This document shows, piece by piece, positions 1-15,000 of a stretch of 64,000 nucleotides of DNA. Each line of letters starts with the position of its first letter. Within the stretch, counting starts at the first letter, position 1. A program made the translations under genes and the position numbers. Source of the DNA: Mobula hypostoma (lineage: Eukaryota); the NCBI RefSeq assembly GCF_963921235.1, contig NC_086108.1, forward strand, positions 17,856,001-17,920,000, read 5' to 3'. The notes beneath the pieces were generated by a model. The model had not been told where the DNA came from, did not search any database, and was given only the letters and a program-made list of their open reading frames with translations.

Positions 1-3000
1 TTAGGTTAACTTCCCACATGATTCTGAGATGTCTGAAAGTTGTTTCATGCCACTGCAGTGTAAGACAAAAAAGTTGTTTTCTCAGTGCATACAAAGCTTT
101 GACAATACAAATAGTATACATTTCAATTTTACACCAAAGTACTTACAGCAAACCTAATGGAAACACCTTAGGTTAACTTCCCACATGATTCTGAGATGTC
201 TGAAAGTTGTTTCATGCCACTGCAGTGTAAGACAAAAAAGTTGTTTTCTCAGTGCATACAATGCTTTGACAATACAAATAGTATACATTTCAATTTTACA
301 CCAAAGTACTTACTGCAAACCTAATGGAAACACCTTAGGTTAACTTCCCACATGATTCTGAGATGTCTGAAAGTTGTTTCATGCCACTGCAGTGTAAGAC
401 AAAAAAGTTGTTTTCTCAGTGCATACAATGCTTTGACAATACAAATAGTATACATTTCAATTTTACACCAAAGTACTTACAGCAAACCTAATGGAAACAC
501 CTTAGGTTAACTTCCCACATGATTCTGAGATGTCTGAAAGTTGTTTCATGCCACTGCAGTGTAAGACAAAAAAGTTGTTTTCTCAGTGCATACAATGCTT
601 TGACAATACAAATAGTATACATTTCAATTTTACACCAAAGTACTTACTACAAACCTAATGGAAACACCTTAGGTTAACTTCCCACATGATTCTGAGATGT
701 CTGAAAGTTGTTTCATGCCACTGCAGTGTAAGACAAAAAAGTTGTTTTCTCAGTGCATACAATGCTTTGACAATACAACTAGTATACATATCAATTTTAC
801 ACCAAAGAACTTACAGCAAACCTAATGGAAACACCTTAGGTTAACTTCCCACATGATTCTGAGATGTCTGAAAGTTGTTTCATGCCACTGCAGTGTAAGA
901 CAAAAAAGTTGTTTTCTCAGTGCATACAATGCTTTGACAATACAAATAGTATACATTTCAATTTTACCCCAAAGTACTTACAGCAAACCTAATGGAAACA
1001 CCTTAGGTTAACTTCCCACATGATTCTGAGATGTCTGAAAGTTGTTTCATGCCACTGCAGTGTAAGACAAAAAAGTTGTTTTCTCAGTGCATACAATGCT
1101 TTGACAATACAACTAGTATACATTTCAATTTTACACCAAAGTACTTACTGCAAACCTAATGGAAACACCTTAGGTTAACTTCCCACATGATTCTGAGATG
1201 TCTGAAAGTTGTTTCATGCCACTGCAGTGTAAGACAAAAAAGTTGTTTTCTCAGTGCATACAAAACTTTGACAATACAACTAGTATACATTTCAATTTTA
1301 CCCCAAAGTACTTACAGCAAACCTAATGGAAACACCTTAGGTTAACTTCCCACATGATTCTGAGATGTCTGAAAGTTGTTTCATGCCACTGCAGTGTAAG
1401 ACAAAAAAGTTGTTTTCTCAGTGCATACAATGCTTTGAAAATACAACTAGTATACATTTCAATTTTACACCAAAGTATTTACCGCAAATCTGATGGAAAC
1501 ACCTTAGGTTAACTTCCCACATGATTCTGAGATGCCTGAAAGTTGTTTCATGCCACTGCAGTGTAAGACAAAAAAGTTGTTTTCTCAGTGCATACAATGC
1601 TTTGACAATACAAATAGTATACATTTCAATTTTACACCAAAGTACTTAGAGCAAACCTAATGGAAACACCTTAGGTTAACTTCCCACATGATTCTGAGAT
1701 GTCTGAAAGTTGTTTCATGGCAGTGCAGTGTAAGACAAAAAAGTTGTTTTCTCAGTGCATACAATGCTTTGACAATACAAATACTATGCATTTCAATTTT
1801 ACCCCAAAGTAGTTAAAGCAAACCTAATGGAAACACCTTAGGTTAACTTCCCACATGATTCTGAGATGTCTGAAAGTTGTTTCATGCCACTGCAGTGTAA
1901 GACAAAAAAGTTGTTTTCTCAGTGCATACAATGCTTTGACAATACAAATAGTATACATTTCAATTTTACACCAAAGTACTTACGCAAACCTAATGGAAAC
2001 ACCTTAGGTTAACTTCCCACATGATTCTGAGATGTCTGAAAGTTGTTTCATGCCACTGCAGTGTAAGACAAAAAAGTTGTTTTCTCAGTGCATACAATGC
2101 TTTGACAATACAAATAGTATACATTTCAATTTTACACCAAAGTACTTACAGCAAACCTAATGGAAACACCTTAGGTTAACTTCCCACATGATTCTGAGAT
2201 GTCTGAAAGTTGTTTCATGCCACTGCAGTGTAAGACAAAAAAGTTGTTTTCTCAGTGCATACAATGCTTTGACAATACAAATAGTATACATTTCAATTTT
2301 ACCCCAAAGTACTTACAGCAAACCTAATGGAAACACCTTAGGTTAACTTCCCACATGATTCTGAGATGTCTGAAAGTTGTTTCATGCCACTGCAGTGTAA
2401 GACAAAAAAGTTGTTTTCTCAGTGCATACAATGCTTTGACAATACAAATAGTATACATTTCAATTTTACACCAAAGTACTTACAGCAAACCTAATGGAAA
2501 CACCTTAGGTTAACTTCCCACATGATTCTGAGATGTCTGAAAGTTGTTTCATGCCAATACAGTGTAAGACAAAAAAGTTGTTTTCTCAGTGCATACAATG
2601 CTTTGACAATACAAATAGTATATATTTCAATTTTTCCCCAAAGTACTTACAGCAAACCTAATGGAAACACCTTAGATTAACTTCCCACATGATTCTGAGA
2701 TGTCTGAAAGTTGTTTCATGCCACTGCAGTGTAAGACAAAAAAGTTGTTTTCTCAGTGCATACAATGCTTTGACAATACAAATAGTATACATTTCAATTT
2801 TACACCAAAGTACTTACAGCAAACCTAATGGAAACACCTTAGGTTAACTTCCCACATGATTCTGAGATGTCTGAAAGTTGTTTCATGCCACTGCAGTGTA
2901 AGACAAAAAAGTTGTTTTCTCAGTGCATACAATGCTTTGACAATACAAATAGTATACATTTCAATTTTACACCAAAGTACTTACAGCAAACCTAATGGAA

Positions 3001-6000
3001 ACACCTTAGGTTAACTTCCCACATGATTCTGAGATGTCTGAAAGTTGTTTCATGCCACTGCAGTGTAAGACAAAAAAGTTGTTTTCTCAGTGCATACAAT
3101 GCTTTGACAATACAAATAGTATACATTTCAATTTTACACCAAAGTACTTACTGCAAACCTAATGGAAACACCTTAGGTTAACTTCCCACATGATTCTGAG
3201 ATGTCTGAAAGTTGTTTCATGCCACTGCAGTGTAAGACAAAAAAGTTGTTTTCTCAGTGCATAGAAAGCTTTGACAATACAAATAGTATACATTTCAATT
3301 TTACACCAAAGTACTTACAGCAAACCTAATGGAAACACCTTAGGTTAACTTCCCACATGATTCTGAGATGTCTGAAAGTTGTTTCATGCCACTGCAGTGT
3401 AAGACAAAAAAGTTGTTTTCTCAGTGCATACAATGCTTTGACAATACAAATAGTATACATTTCAATTTTGCCCCAAAGTACTTACTGCAAACCTAATGGA
3501 AACATCTTAGGTTAACTTCCCACATGCTTCTGAGATGTCTGAAAGTTGTTTCATGCCACTGCAGTGTAAGACAAAAAAGTTGTTTTCTCAGTGCATACAA
3601 TGCTTTGACAATACAAATAGTATACATTTCAATTTTACACCAAAGTACTTACAGCAAACCTAATGGAAACACCTTAGGTTAACTTCCCACATGATTCTGA
3701 GATGTCTGAAAGTTGTTTCATGCCACTGCAGTGTAAGACAAAAAAGTTGTTTTCTCAGTGCATACAATGCTTTGACAATACAAATAGTATACATTTCAAT
3801 TTTACACCAAAGTACTTACTGCAAACCTAATGGAAACACCTTAGGTTAACTTCCCACATGATTCTGAGATGTCTGAAAGTTGTTTCATGCCACTGCAGTG
3901 TAAGACAAAAAAGTTGTTTTCTCAGTGCATACAATGCTTTGACAATACAAATAGTATACATTTCAATTTTACACCAAAGTACTTACTGCAAACCTAATGG
4001 AAACACCTTAGGTTAACTTCCCACATGATTCTGAGATGTCTGAAAGTTGTTTCATGGCAGTGCAGTGTAAGACAAAAAAGTTTGTTTTCTCAGTGCATAC
4101 AATGCTTTGACAATACAAATAGTATATATTTCAATTTTACCCCAAAGTACTTACAGCAAACCTAATGGAAACACCTTAGGTTAACTTCCCACATGATTCT
4201 GAGATGTCTGAAAGTTGTTTCATGCCACTGCAGTGTAAGACAAAAAAGGTTGTTTTCTCAGTGCATACAATGCTTTGACAATACAACTAGTATACATTTC
4301 AATTTTACACCAAAGTACTTACTGCAAACCTAATGGAAACACCTTAGGTTAACTTCCCACATGATTCTGAGATGTCTGAAAGTTGTTTCATGCCACTGCA
4401 GTGTAAGACAAAAAAGTTGTTTTCTCAGTGCATAGAAAGCTTTGACAATACAAATAGTATACATTTCAATTTTACACCAAAGTACTTACAGCAAACCTAA
4501 TGGAAACACCTTAGGTTAACTTCCCACATGATTCTGAGATGTCTGAAAGTTGTTTCATGCCACTGCAGTGTAAGACAAAAAAGTTGTTTTCTCAGTGCAT
4601 ACAATGCTTTGACAATACAAATAGTATACATTTCAATTTTACCCCAAAGTACTTACAGCAAACCTAATGGAAACACCTTAGGTTAACTTCCCACATGATT
4701 CTGAGATGTCTGAAAGTTGTTTCATGCCACTGCAGTGTAAGACAAAAAAGTTGTTTTCTCAGTGCATACAATGCTTTGACAATACAAATAGTATACATTT
4801 CAATTTTACACCAAAGTACTTACAGCAAACCTAATGGAAACACCTTAGGTTAACTTCCCACATGATTCTGAGATGTCTGAAAGTTGTTTCATGCCACTGC
4901 AGTGTAAGACAAAAAAGTTGTTTTCTCAGTGCATACAAAGCTTTGACAATACAAATAGTATAATTTCAATTTTTCCCCAAAGTACTTTCAGCAAACCTAA
5001 TGGAAACACCTTATGTTAACTTCCCAGATGATTCTGAGTTGTCTGAAAGTTGTTTCATGCCACTGCAGTGTAAGACAAAAAAGTTGTTTTCTCAGTGCAT
5101 ACAATGCTTTGACAATACAAATAGTATACATTTCAATTTTACACCAAAGTACTTACAGCAAACCTAATGGAAACACCTTAGGTTAACTTCCCACATGATT
5201 CTGAGATGTCTGAAAGTTGTTTCATGCCACTGCAGTGTAAGACAAAAAAGTTGTTTTCTCAGTGCATACAATGCTTTGACAATACAAATAGTATACATTT
5301 CAATTTTACACCAAAGTACTTACAGCAAACCTAATGGAAACACCTTAGGTTAACTTCCCACATGATTCTGAGATGTCTGAAAGTTGTTTCATGCCACTGC
5401 AGTGTAAGACAAAAAAGTTGTTTTCTCAGTGCATACAATGCTTTGACAATACAAATAGTATACATTTCAATTTTACCCCAAAGTACTTACAGCAAACCTA
5501 ATGGAAACACCTTAGGTTAACTTCCCACATGATTCTGAGATGTCTGAAAGTTGTTTCATGCCACTGCAGTGTAAGACAAAAAAGTTGTTTTCTCAGTGCA
5601 TACAATGCTTTGACAATACAAATAGTATACATTTCAATTTTACACCAAAGTACTTACAGCAAACCTAATGGAAACACCTTAGGTTAACTTCCCACATGAT
5701 TCTGAGATGTCTGAAAGTTGTTTCATGCCACTGCAGTGTAAGACAAAAAAGTTGTTTTCTCAGTGCATACAATGCTTTGACAATACAAATAGTATACATT
5801 TCAATTTTACACCAAAGTACTTACAGCAAACCTAATGGAAACACCTTAGGTTAACTTCCCACATGATTCTGAGATGTCTGAAAGTTGTTTCATGCCACTG
5901 CAGTGTAAGACAAAAAAGTTGTTTTCTCAGTGCATACAATGCTTTGACAATACAAATAGTATACATTTCAATTTTACACCAAAGTACTTACAGCAAACCT

Positions 6001-9000
6001 AATGGAAACACCTTAGGTTAACTTCCCACATGATTCTGAGATGTCTGAAAGTTGTTTCATGCCACTGCAGTGTAAGACAAAAAAGTTGTTTTCTCAGTGC
6101 ATACAATGCTTTGACAATACAAATAGTATACATTTCAATTTTACACCAAAGTACTTACAGCAAACCTAATGGAAACACCTTAGGTTAACTTCCCACATGA
6201 TTCTGAGATGTCTGAAAGTTGTTTCATGCCACTGCAGTGTAAGACAAAAAAGTTGTTTTCTCAGTGCATACAATGCTTTGACAATACAAATAGTATACAT
6301 TTCAATTTTACACCAAAGTACTTACTACTAACCTAATGGAAACACCTTAGGTTAACTTCCCACATGGTTCTGAGATGACTGAAAGTTGTTTCATGCCACT
6401 GCAGTGTAAGACAAAAAAGTTGTTTTCTCAGTGCATACAATGCTTTGACAATACAAATAGTATACATTTCAATTTTACACCAAAGTACTTACAGCAAACC
6501 TAATGGAAACACCTTAGGTTAACTTCCCACATGATTCTGAGATGTCTGAAAGTTGTTTCATGCCACTGCAGTGTAAGACAAAAAAGTTGTTTTCTCAGTG
6601 CATACAATGCTTTGACAATACAAATAGTATACATTTCAATTTTACACCAAAGTACTTACTGCAAACCTAATGGAAACACCTTAGGTTAACTTCCCACATG
6701 ATTCTGAGATGTCTGAAAGTTGTTTCATGCCACTGCAGTGTAAGACAAAAAAGTTGTTTTCTCAGTGCATACAATGCTTTGACAATACAAATAGTATACA
6801 TTTCAATTTTACACCAAAGTACTTACAGCAAACCTAATGGAAACACCTTAGGTTAACTTCCCACATGATTCTGAGATGTCTGAAAGTTGTTTCATGCCAC
6901 TGCAGTGTAAGACAAAAAAGTTGTTTTCTCAGTGCATACAATGCTTTGACAATACAATAGTATACATTTCATTTTTACAGCAAAGTACTTACTGCAAACC
7001 TAATGAAAACACCTTAGGTTAACTTCCCACATGATTCTGAGATGTCTGAAAGTTGTTTCATGCCACTGCAGTGTAAGACAAAAAAGTTGTTTTCTCAGTG
7101 CATACAATGCTTTGACAATACAAATAGTATACATTTCAATTTTACACCAAAGTACTTACTACAAACCTAATGGAAACAGCTTAGGTTAACTTCCCACATG
7201 GTTCTGAGATGTCTGAAAGTTGTTTCATGCCACTGCAGTGTAAGACAAAAAAGTTGTTTTCTCAGTGCATACAATGCTTTGACAATACAAATAGTATACA
7301 TTTCAATTTTACCCCAAAGTACTTACAGCAAACCTAATGGAAACACCTTAGGTTAACTTCCCACATGATTCTGAGATGTCTGAAAGTTGTTTCATGCCAC
7401 TGCAGTGTAAGACAAAAAAGTTGTTTTCTCAGTGCATACAATGCTTTGACAATACAATAGTATACATTTCAATTTTACACCAAAGTACTTACTGCAAACC
7501 TAATGGAAACACCTTAGGTTAACTTCCCACATGATTCTGAGATGTCTGAAAGTTGTTTCATGCCACTGCAGTGTAAGACAAAAAAGTTGTTTTCTCAGTG
7601 CATACAAAGCTTTGACAATACAAATAGTATACATTTCAATTTTACCCCAAAGTACTTACAGCAAACCTAATGGAAACACCTTAGGTTAACTTCCCACATG
7701 ATTCTGAGATGTCTGAAAGTTGTTTCATGCCACTGCAGTGTAAGACAAAAAAGTTGTTTTCTCAGTGCATACAATGCTTTGACAATACAAATAGTATACA
7801 TTTCAATTTTACACCAAAGTACTTACAGCAAACCTAATGGAAACACCTTAGGTTAACTTCCCACATGATTCTGAGATGTCTGAAAGTTGTTTCATGCCAC
7901 TGCAGTGTAAGACAAAAAAGTTGTTTTCTCAGTGCATACAATGCTTTGACAATACAATAGTATACATTTCAATTTTACACCAAAGTACTTACTGCAAACC
8001 TAATGGAAACACCTTAGGTTAACTTCCCACATGATTCTGAGATGTCTGAAAGTTGTTTCATGCCACTGCAGTGTAAGACAAAAAAGTTGTTTTCTCAGTG
8101 CATACAATGCTTTGACAATACAAATAGTATACATTTCAATTTTGCCCCAAAGTACTTACAGTAAACCTAATGGAAACAACTTCGATTAACTTCCAACATG
8201 ATTCTGAGATGTCTGAAAGTTGTTTCATGCCACTGCAGTGTAAGACAAAACAGTTGTTTTCTCAGTGCATAGAAAGCTTTGACAATACAAATAGTATACA
8301 TTTCAATTTTACAGCGAAATACTTACTGCAAACCTAACGGAAACACCTGAGGTTAACTTCCCACATGATTCTGAGAGGTCTGAAAGTTGTTTCATGCCAC
8401 TGCAGTGTAAGACAAAAAAGTTGTTTTCTCAGTGCATACAATGCTTTGACAATACAAATAGTATACATTTCAATTTTACACCAAAGTACTTACAGCAAAC
8501 CTAATGGAAACACCTTAGGTTAACTTCCCACATGATTCTGAGATGTCTGAATGTTGTTTCATGCCACTGCAGTGTAAGACAAAAAAGTTGTTTTCTCAGT
8601 GCATACAATGCTTTAACAATACAAATAGTATATATTTCAATTTTGCCCCAAAGTACTTACAGTAAACCTAATGGAAACACCTTAGATTAACTTCCCACAT
8701 GATTCTGAGATGTCTGAAAGTTGTTTCATGCCACTGCAGTGTAAGACAAAAAAGTTGTTTTCTCAGTGCATACAATGCTTTAACAATACAAATAGCATAC
8801 ATTTCAATTTTACACCAAAGTACTTACAGCAAACCTAATGGAAACACCTTAGGTTAACTTCCCACATGATTCTGAGATGTCTGAAAGTTGTTTCATGACA
8901 CTGCAGTGTAAGACAAAAAAGTTGTTTTCTCAGTGCATACAATGCTTTGACAATACAAATAGTATACATTTCAATTTTACCCCAAAGTACTTACAGCAAA

Positions 9001-12000
9001 CCTAATGGAAACACCTTAGGTTAACTTCCCACATGATTCTGAGATGTCTGAAAGTTGTTTCATGCCACTGCAGTGTAAGACAAAAAAGTTGTTTTCTCAG
9101 TGCATACAATGCTTTGACAATACAAATAGTATACATTTCAATTTTACCCCAAAGTACTTACTGCAAACCTAATGGAAACACCTTAGGTTAACTTCCCACA
9201 TGCTTCTGAGATGTCTGAAAGTTGTTTCATGCCACTGCAGTGTAAGACAAAAAAGTTGTTTTCTCAGTGCATAGAAAGCTTTGACAATACAAATAGTATA
9301 CATTTCAATTTTACAGCAAAGTACTTACAGCAAACCTAATGGAAACACCTTAGGTTAACTTCCCACATGATTCTGAGATGTCTGAAAGTTGTTTCATGCC
9401 TGTGCAGTGTAAGACAAAAAAGTTGTTTTCTCAGTGCATACAATGCTTTGACAATACAAATAGTATACATTTCAATTTTACACCAAAGTACTTACTGCAA
9501 ACCTAATGGAAACACCTTAGGTTAACTTCCCACATGATTCTGAGATGTCTGAAAGTTGTTACATGCCACTGCAGTGTAAGACAAAAAAGTTGTTTTCTCA
9601 GTGCATAGAAAGCTTTGACAATACAAATGGTATACATTTCAATTTTACACCAAAGTACTTACCGCAAATCTAATGGAAACACCTTAGGTTAACTTCCCAC
9701 ATGATTCTGAGATGCCTGAAAGTTGTTTCATGGCAGTGCAGTGTAAGACAAAAAAGTTTGTTTTCTCAGTGCATACAATGCTTTGACAATACAAATACTA
9801 TGCATTTGAATTTTACACCAAAGTACTTACTGCAAACCTAATGGAAACACCTTAGGTTAACTTCCCACATGATTCTGAGATGTCTGAAAGTTGTTTCATG
9901 CCACTGCAGTGTAAGACAAAAAAGTTGTTTTCTCAGTGCATACAATGCTTTGACAATACAAATAGTATACATTTCAATTTTACACCAAAGTACTTACAGC
10001 AAACCTAATGGAAACACCTTAGGTTAACTTCCCACATGATTCTGAGATGTCTGAAAGTTGTTTCATGCCACTGCAGTGTAAGACAAAAAAGTTGTTTTCT
10101 CAGTGCATACAATGCTTTGACAATACAAATAGTATACATTTCAATTTTACACCAAAGTACTTACTACAAACCTAATGGAAACACCTTAGGTTAACTTCCC
10201 ACATGGTTCTGAGATGACTGAAAGCTGGTTCATGCCACTGCAGTGTAAGACAAAAAGGTTGTTTTCTCAGTGCATACAATGCTTTGAAAATACAACTAGT
10301 ATACATTTCAATTTTACACCAAAGTACTTACCGCAAATCTAATGGAAACACCTTAGGTTAACTTCCCACATGATTCTGAGATGCCTGAAAGTTGTTTCAT
10401 GCCACTGCAGTGTAAGACAAAAAAGTTGTTTTCTCAGTGCATACAATGCTTTGACAATACAAATAGTATACATTTCAATTTTACCCCAAAGTACTTACAG
10501 CAAACTTAATGGAAACACCTTAGGTTAACTTCCCACATGATTCTGAGATGTCTGAAAGTTGTTTCATGCCACTGCAGTGTAAGACAAAAAAGTTGTTTTC
10601 TCAGTGCATACAATGCTTTGACAATACAAATAGTATACATTTCAATTTTACACCAAAGTACTTACTGCAAACCTAATGGAAACACCTTAGGTTAACTTCC
10701 CACATGATTCTGAGATGTCTGAAAGTTGTTTCATGCCACTGCAGTGTAAGACAAAAAAGTTGTTTTCTCAGTGCATACAAAGCTTTGACAATACAAGTGG
10801 TATACATTTCAATTTTACACCAAAGTACTTACAGCAAACCTAATGGAAACACCTTAGGTTAACTTCCCACATGATTCTGAGATGTCTGAAAGTTGTTTCA
10901 TGCCACTGCAGTGTAAGACAAAAAAGTTGTTTTCTCAGTGCATACAATGCTTTGACAATACAAATAGTATACATTTCAAGTTTACCCCAAAGTACTTACA
11001 GCAAACTTAATGGAAACACCTTAGGTTAACTTCCCACATGATTCTGAGATGTCTGAAAGTTGTTTCATGCCACTGCAGTGTAAGATAAAACAGTTGTTTT
11101 CTCAGTGCATACAATGCTTTGACAATACAAATAGTATACATTTCAATTTTACACCAAAGTACTTACAGCAAACCTAATGGAAACACCTTAGGTTAACTTC
11201 CCACATGATTCTGAGATGTCTGAAAGTTGTTTCATGCCACTGCAGTGTAAGACAAAAAAGTTGTTTTCTCAGTGCATACAATGCTTTGACAATACAAATA
11301 GTATACATTTCAATTTTACCCCAAAGTACTTACAGCAAACTTAATGGAAACACCTTAGGTTAACTTCCCACATGATTCTGAGATGTCTGAAAGTTGTTTC
11401 ATGCCACTGCAGTGTAAGACAAAAAAGTTGTTTTCTCAGTGCATACAATGCTTTGACAATACAATAGTATACATTTCAATTTTACACCAAAGTACTTACA
11501 GCAAACCTAATGGAAACACCTTAGGTTAACTTCCCACATGATTCTGAGATGTCTGAAAGTTGTTTCATGCCACTGCAGTGTAAGACAAAAAAGTTGTTTT
11601 CTCAGTGCATACAATGCTTTGACAATACAAATAGTATACATTTCAATTTTACCCCAAAGTACTTACAGCAAACCTAATGGAAACACCTTAGGTTAACTTC
11701 CCACATGATTCTGAGATGTCTAAAGTTGTTTCATGCCACTGCAGTGTAAGACAAAAAAGTTGTTTTCTCAGTGCATACAATGCTTTGACAATACAAATAG
11801 TATACATTTCAATTTTACACCAAAGTACTTACAGCAAACCTAATGGAAACACCTTAGGTTAACTTCCCACATGATTCTGAGATGTCTGAAAGTTGTTTCA
11901 TGCCACTGCAGTGTAAGACAAAAAAGTTGTTTTCTCAGTGCATACAATGCTTTGACAATACAAATAGTATACATTTCAATTTTACACCAAAGTACTTACA

Positions 12001-15000
12001 GCAAACCTAATGGAAACACCTTAGGTTAACTTCCCACATGATTCTGAGATGTCTGAAAGTTGTTTCATGCCACTGCAGTGTAAGACAAAAAAGTTGTTTT
12101 CTCAGTGCATACAATGCTTTGACAATACAAATAGTATACATTTCAATTTTACCCCACAGTACTTAAAGCAAACCTAATGGAAACACCTTAGATTAACTTC
12201 CCACATGATTCTGAGATGTCTGAAAGTTGTTTCATGCCACTGCAGTGTAAGACAAAAAAGTTGTTTTCTCAGTGCATACAAAGCTTTGACAATACAAATA
12301 GTATACATTTCAATTTTACACCAAAGTACTTACAGCAAACCTAATGGAAACACCTTAGGTTAACTTCCCACATGATTCTGAGATGTCTGAAAGTTGTTTC
12401 ATGCCACTGCAGTGTAAGACAAAAAAGTTGTTTTCTCAGTGCATACAATGCTTTGACAATACAAATAGTATACATTTCAATTTTACACCAAAGTACTTAC
12501 AGCAAACCTAATGGAAACACCTTAGGTTAACTTCCCACATGATTCTGAGATGTCTGAAAGTTGTTTCATGCCACTGCAGTGTAAGACAAAAAAGTTGTTT
12601 TCTCAGTGCATACAATGCTTTGACAATACAAATAGTATACATTTCAATTTTACACCAAAGTACTTACTGCAAACCTAATGGAAACACCTTAGGTTAACTT
12701 CCCACATGATTCTGAGATGTCTGAAAGTTGTTTCATGCCACTGCAGTGTAAGACAAAAAAGTTGTTTTCTCAGTGCATACAATGCTTTGACAATACAAAT
12801 AGTATACATTTCAATTTTACACCAAAGTACTTACAGCAAACCTAATGGAAACACCTTAGGTTAACTTCCCACATGATTCTGAGATGTCTGAAAGTTGTTT
12901 CATGCCATGCAGTGTAAGACAAAAAAGTTGTTTTCTCAGTGCATACAATGCTTTGACAATACAATAGTATACATTTCAATTTTACACCAAAGTACTTACT
13001 GCAAACCTAATGGAAACACCTTAGGTTAACTTCCCACATGATTCTGAGATGTCTGAAAGTTGTTTCATGCCACTGCAGTGTAAGACAAAAAAGTTGTTTT
13101 CTCAGTGCATAGAAAGCTTTGACAATACAAATAGTATACATTTCAATTTTACACCAAAGTACTTACAGCAAACCTAATGGAAACACCTTAGGTTAACTTC
13201 CCACATGATTCTGAGATGTCTGAAAGTTGTTTCATGCCACTGCAGTGTAAGACAAAAAAGTTGTTTTCTCAGTGCATACAATGCTTTGACAATACAAATA
13301 GTATACATTTCAATTTTGCCCCAAAGTACTTACTGCAAACCTAATGGAAACATCTTAGGTTAACTTCCCACATGCTTCTGAGATGTCTGAAAGTTGTTTC
13401 ATGCCACTGCAGTGTAAGACAAAAAAGTTGTTTTTTTCAGTGCATACAATGCTTTGGAAATACAAATAGTATACATATCAATTTTACACCAAAGAACTTA
13501 CAGCAAACCTAATGGAAACACCTTAAGTTAACTTCCCACATGATTCTCACCTGTCTGAAAGTTGTTTCATGCCACTGCAGTGTAAGACAAAAAAGTTGTT
13601 TTCTCAGTGCATACAATGCTTTGACAATACAAATAGTATACATTTCAATTTTACACCAAAGTACTTACTGCAAACCTAATGGAAACACCTTAGGTTAACT
13701 TCCCACATGATTCTGAGATGTCTGAAAGTTGTTTCATGCCACTGCAGTGTAAGACAAAAAAGTTGTTTTCTCAGTGCATACAATGCTTTGACAATACAAA
13801 TAGTATACATTTCAATTTTACACCAAAGTACTTACTGCAAACCTAATGGAAACACCTTAGGTTAACTTCCCACATGATTCTGAGATGTCTGAAAGTTGTT
13901 TCATGCCACTGCAGTGTAAGACAAAAAAGTTGTTTTCTCAGTGCATACAATGCTTTGACAATACAAATAGTATACATTTCAATTTTACCCCAAAGTACTT
14001 AAAGCAAACCTAATGGAAACACCTTAGATTAACTTCCCACATGATTCTGAGATGTCTGAAAGTTGTTTCATGCCACTGCAGTGTAAGACAAAAAAGTTGT
14101 TTTCTCAGTGCATACAATGCTTTGAAAATACAAATAGTATAACATTTCAATTTTACACCAAAGTACTTACTGCAAACCTAATGGAAACACCTTAGGTTAA
14201 CTTCCCACATGATTCCGAGATGTCTGAAAGTTGTTTCATGCCACTGCAGTGTAAGACAAAAAAGTTGTTTTCTCAGTGCATACAAAGCTTTGACAATACA
14301 AATAGTATACATTTCAATTTTACCCCAAAGTACTTACAGCAAACCTAATGGAAACACCTTAGGTTAACTTCCCACATGATTCTGAGATGTCTGAAAGTTG
14401 TTTCATGCCACTGCAGTGTAAGACAAAAAAGTTGTTTTCTCAGTGCATACAATGCTTTGACAATACAAATAGTATACATTTCAATTTTACACCAAAGTAC
14501 TTACAGCAAACCTAATGGAAACACCTTAGGTTAACTTCCCACATGATTCTGAGATGTCTGAAAGTTGTTTCATGCCACTGCAGTGTAAGACAAAAAAGTT
14601 GTTTTCTCAGTGCATACAATGCTTTGACAATACAATAGTATACATTTCAATTTTACACCAAAGTACTTACTGCAAACCTAATGGAAACACCTTAGGTTAA
14701 CTTCCCACATGATTCTGAGATGTCTGAAAGTTGTTTCATGCCACTGCAGTGTAAGACAAAAAAGTTGTTTTCTCAGTGCATACAATGCTTTGACAATACA
14801 AATAGTATACATTTCAATTTTACACCAAAGTACTTACAGCAAACCTAATGGAAACACCTTAGGTTAACTTCCCACATGATTCTGAGATGTCTAAAGTTGT
14901 TTCATGCCACTGCAGTGTAAGACAAAAAAGTTGTTTTCTCAGTGCATACAATGCTTTGACAATACAAATAGTATACATTTCAATTTTACACCAAAGTACT

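Noticed and set aside
1..167. CENP-B box, or telomeric origin suggested by TTAGG
   Set aside because: The consensus lacks the CpGs a CENP-B box requires. TTAGG occurs as an isolated pentamer, not as tandem TTAGGG.
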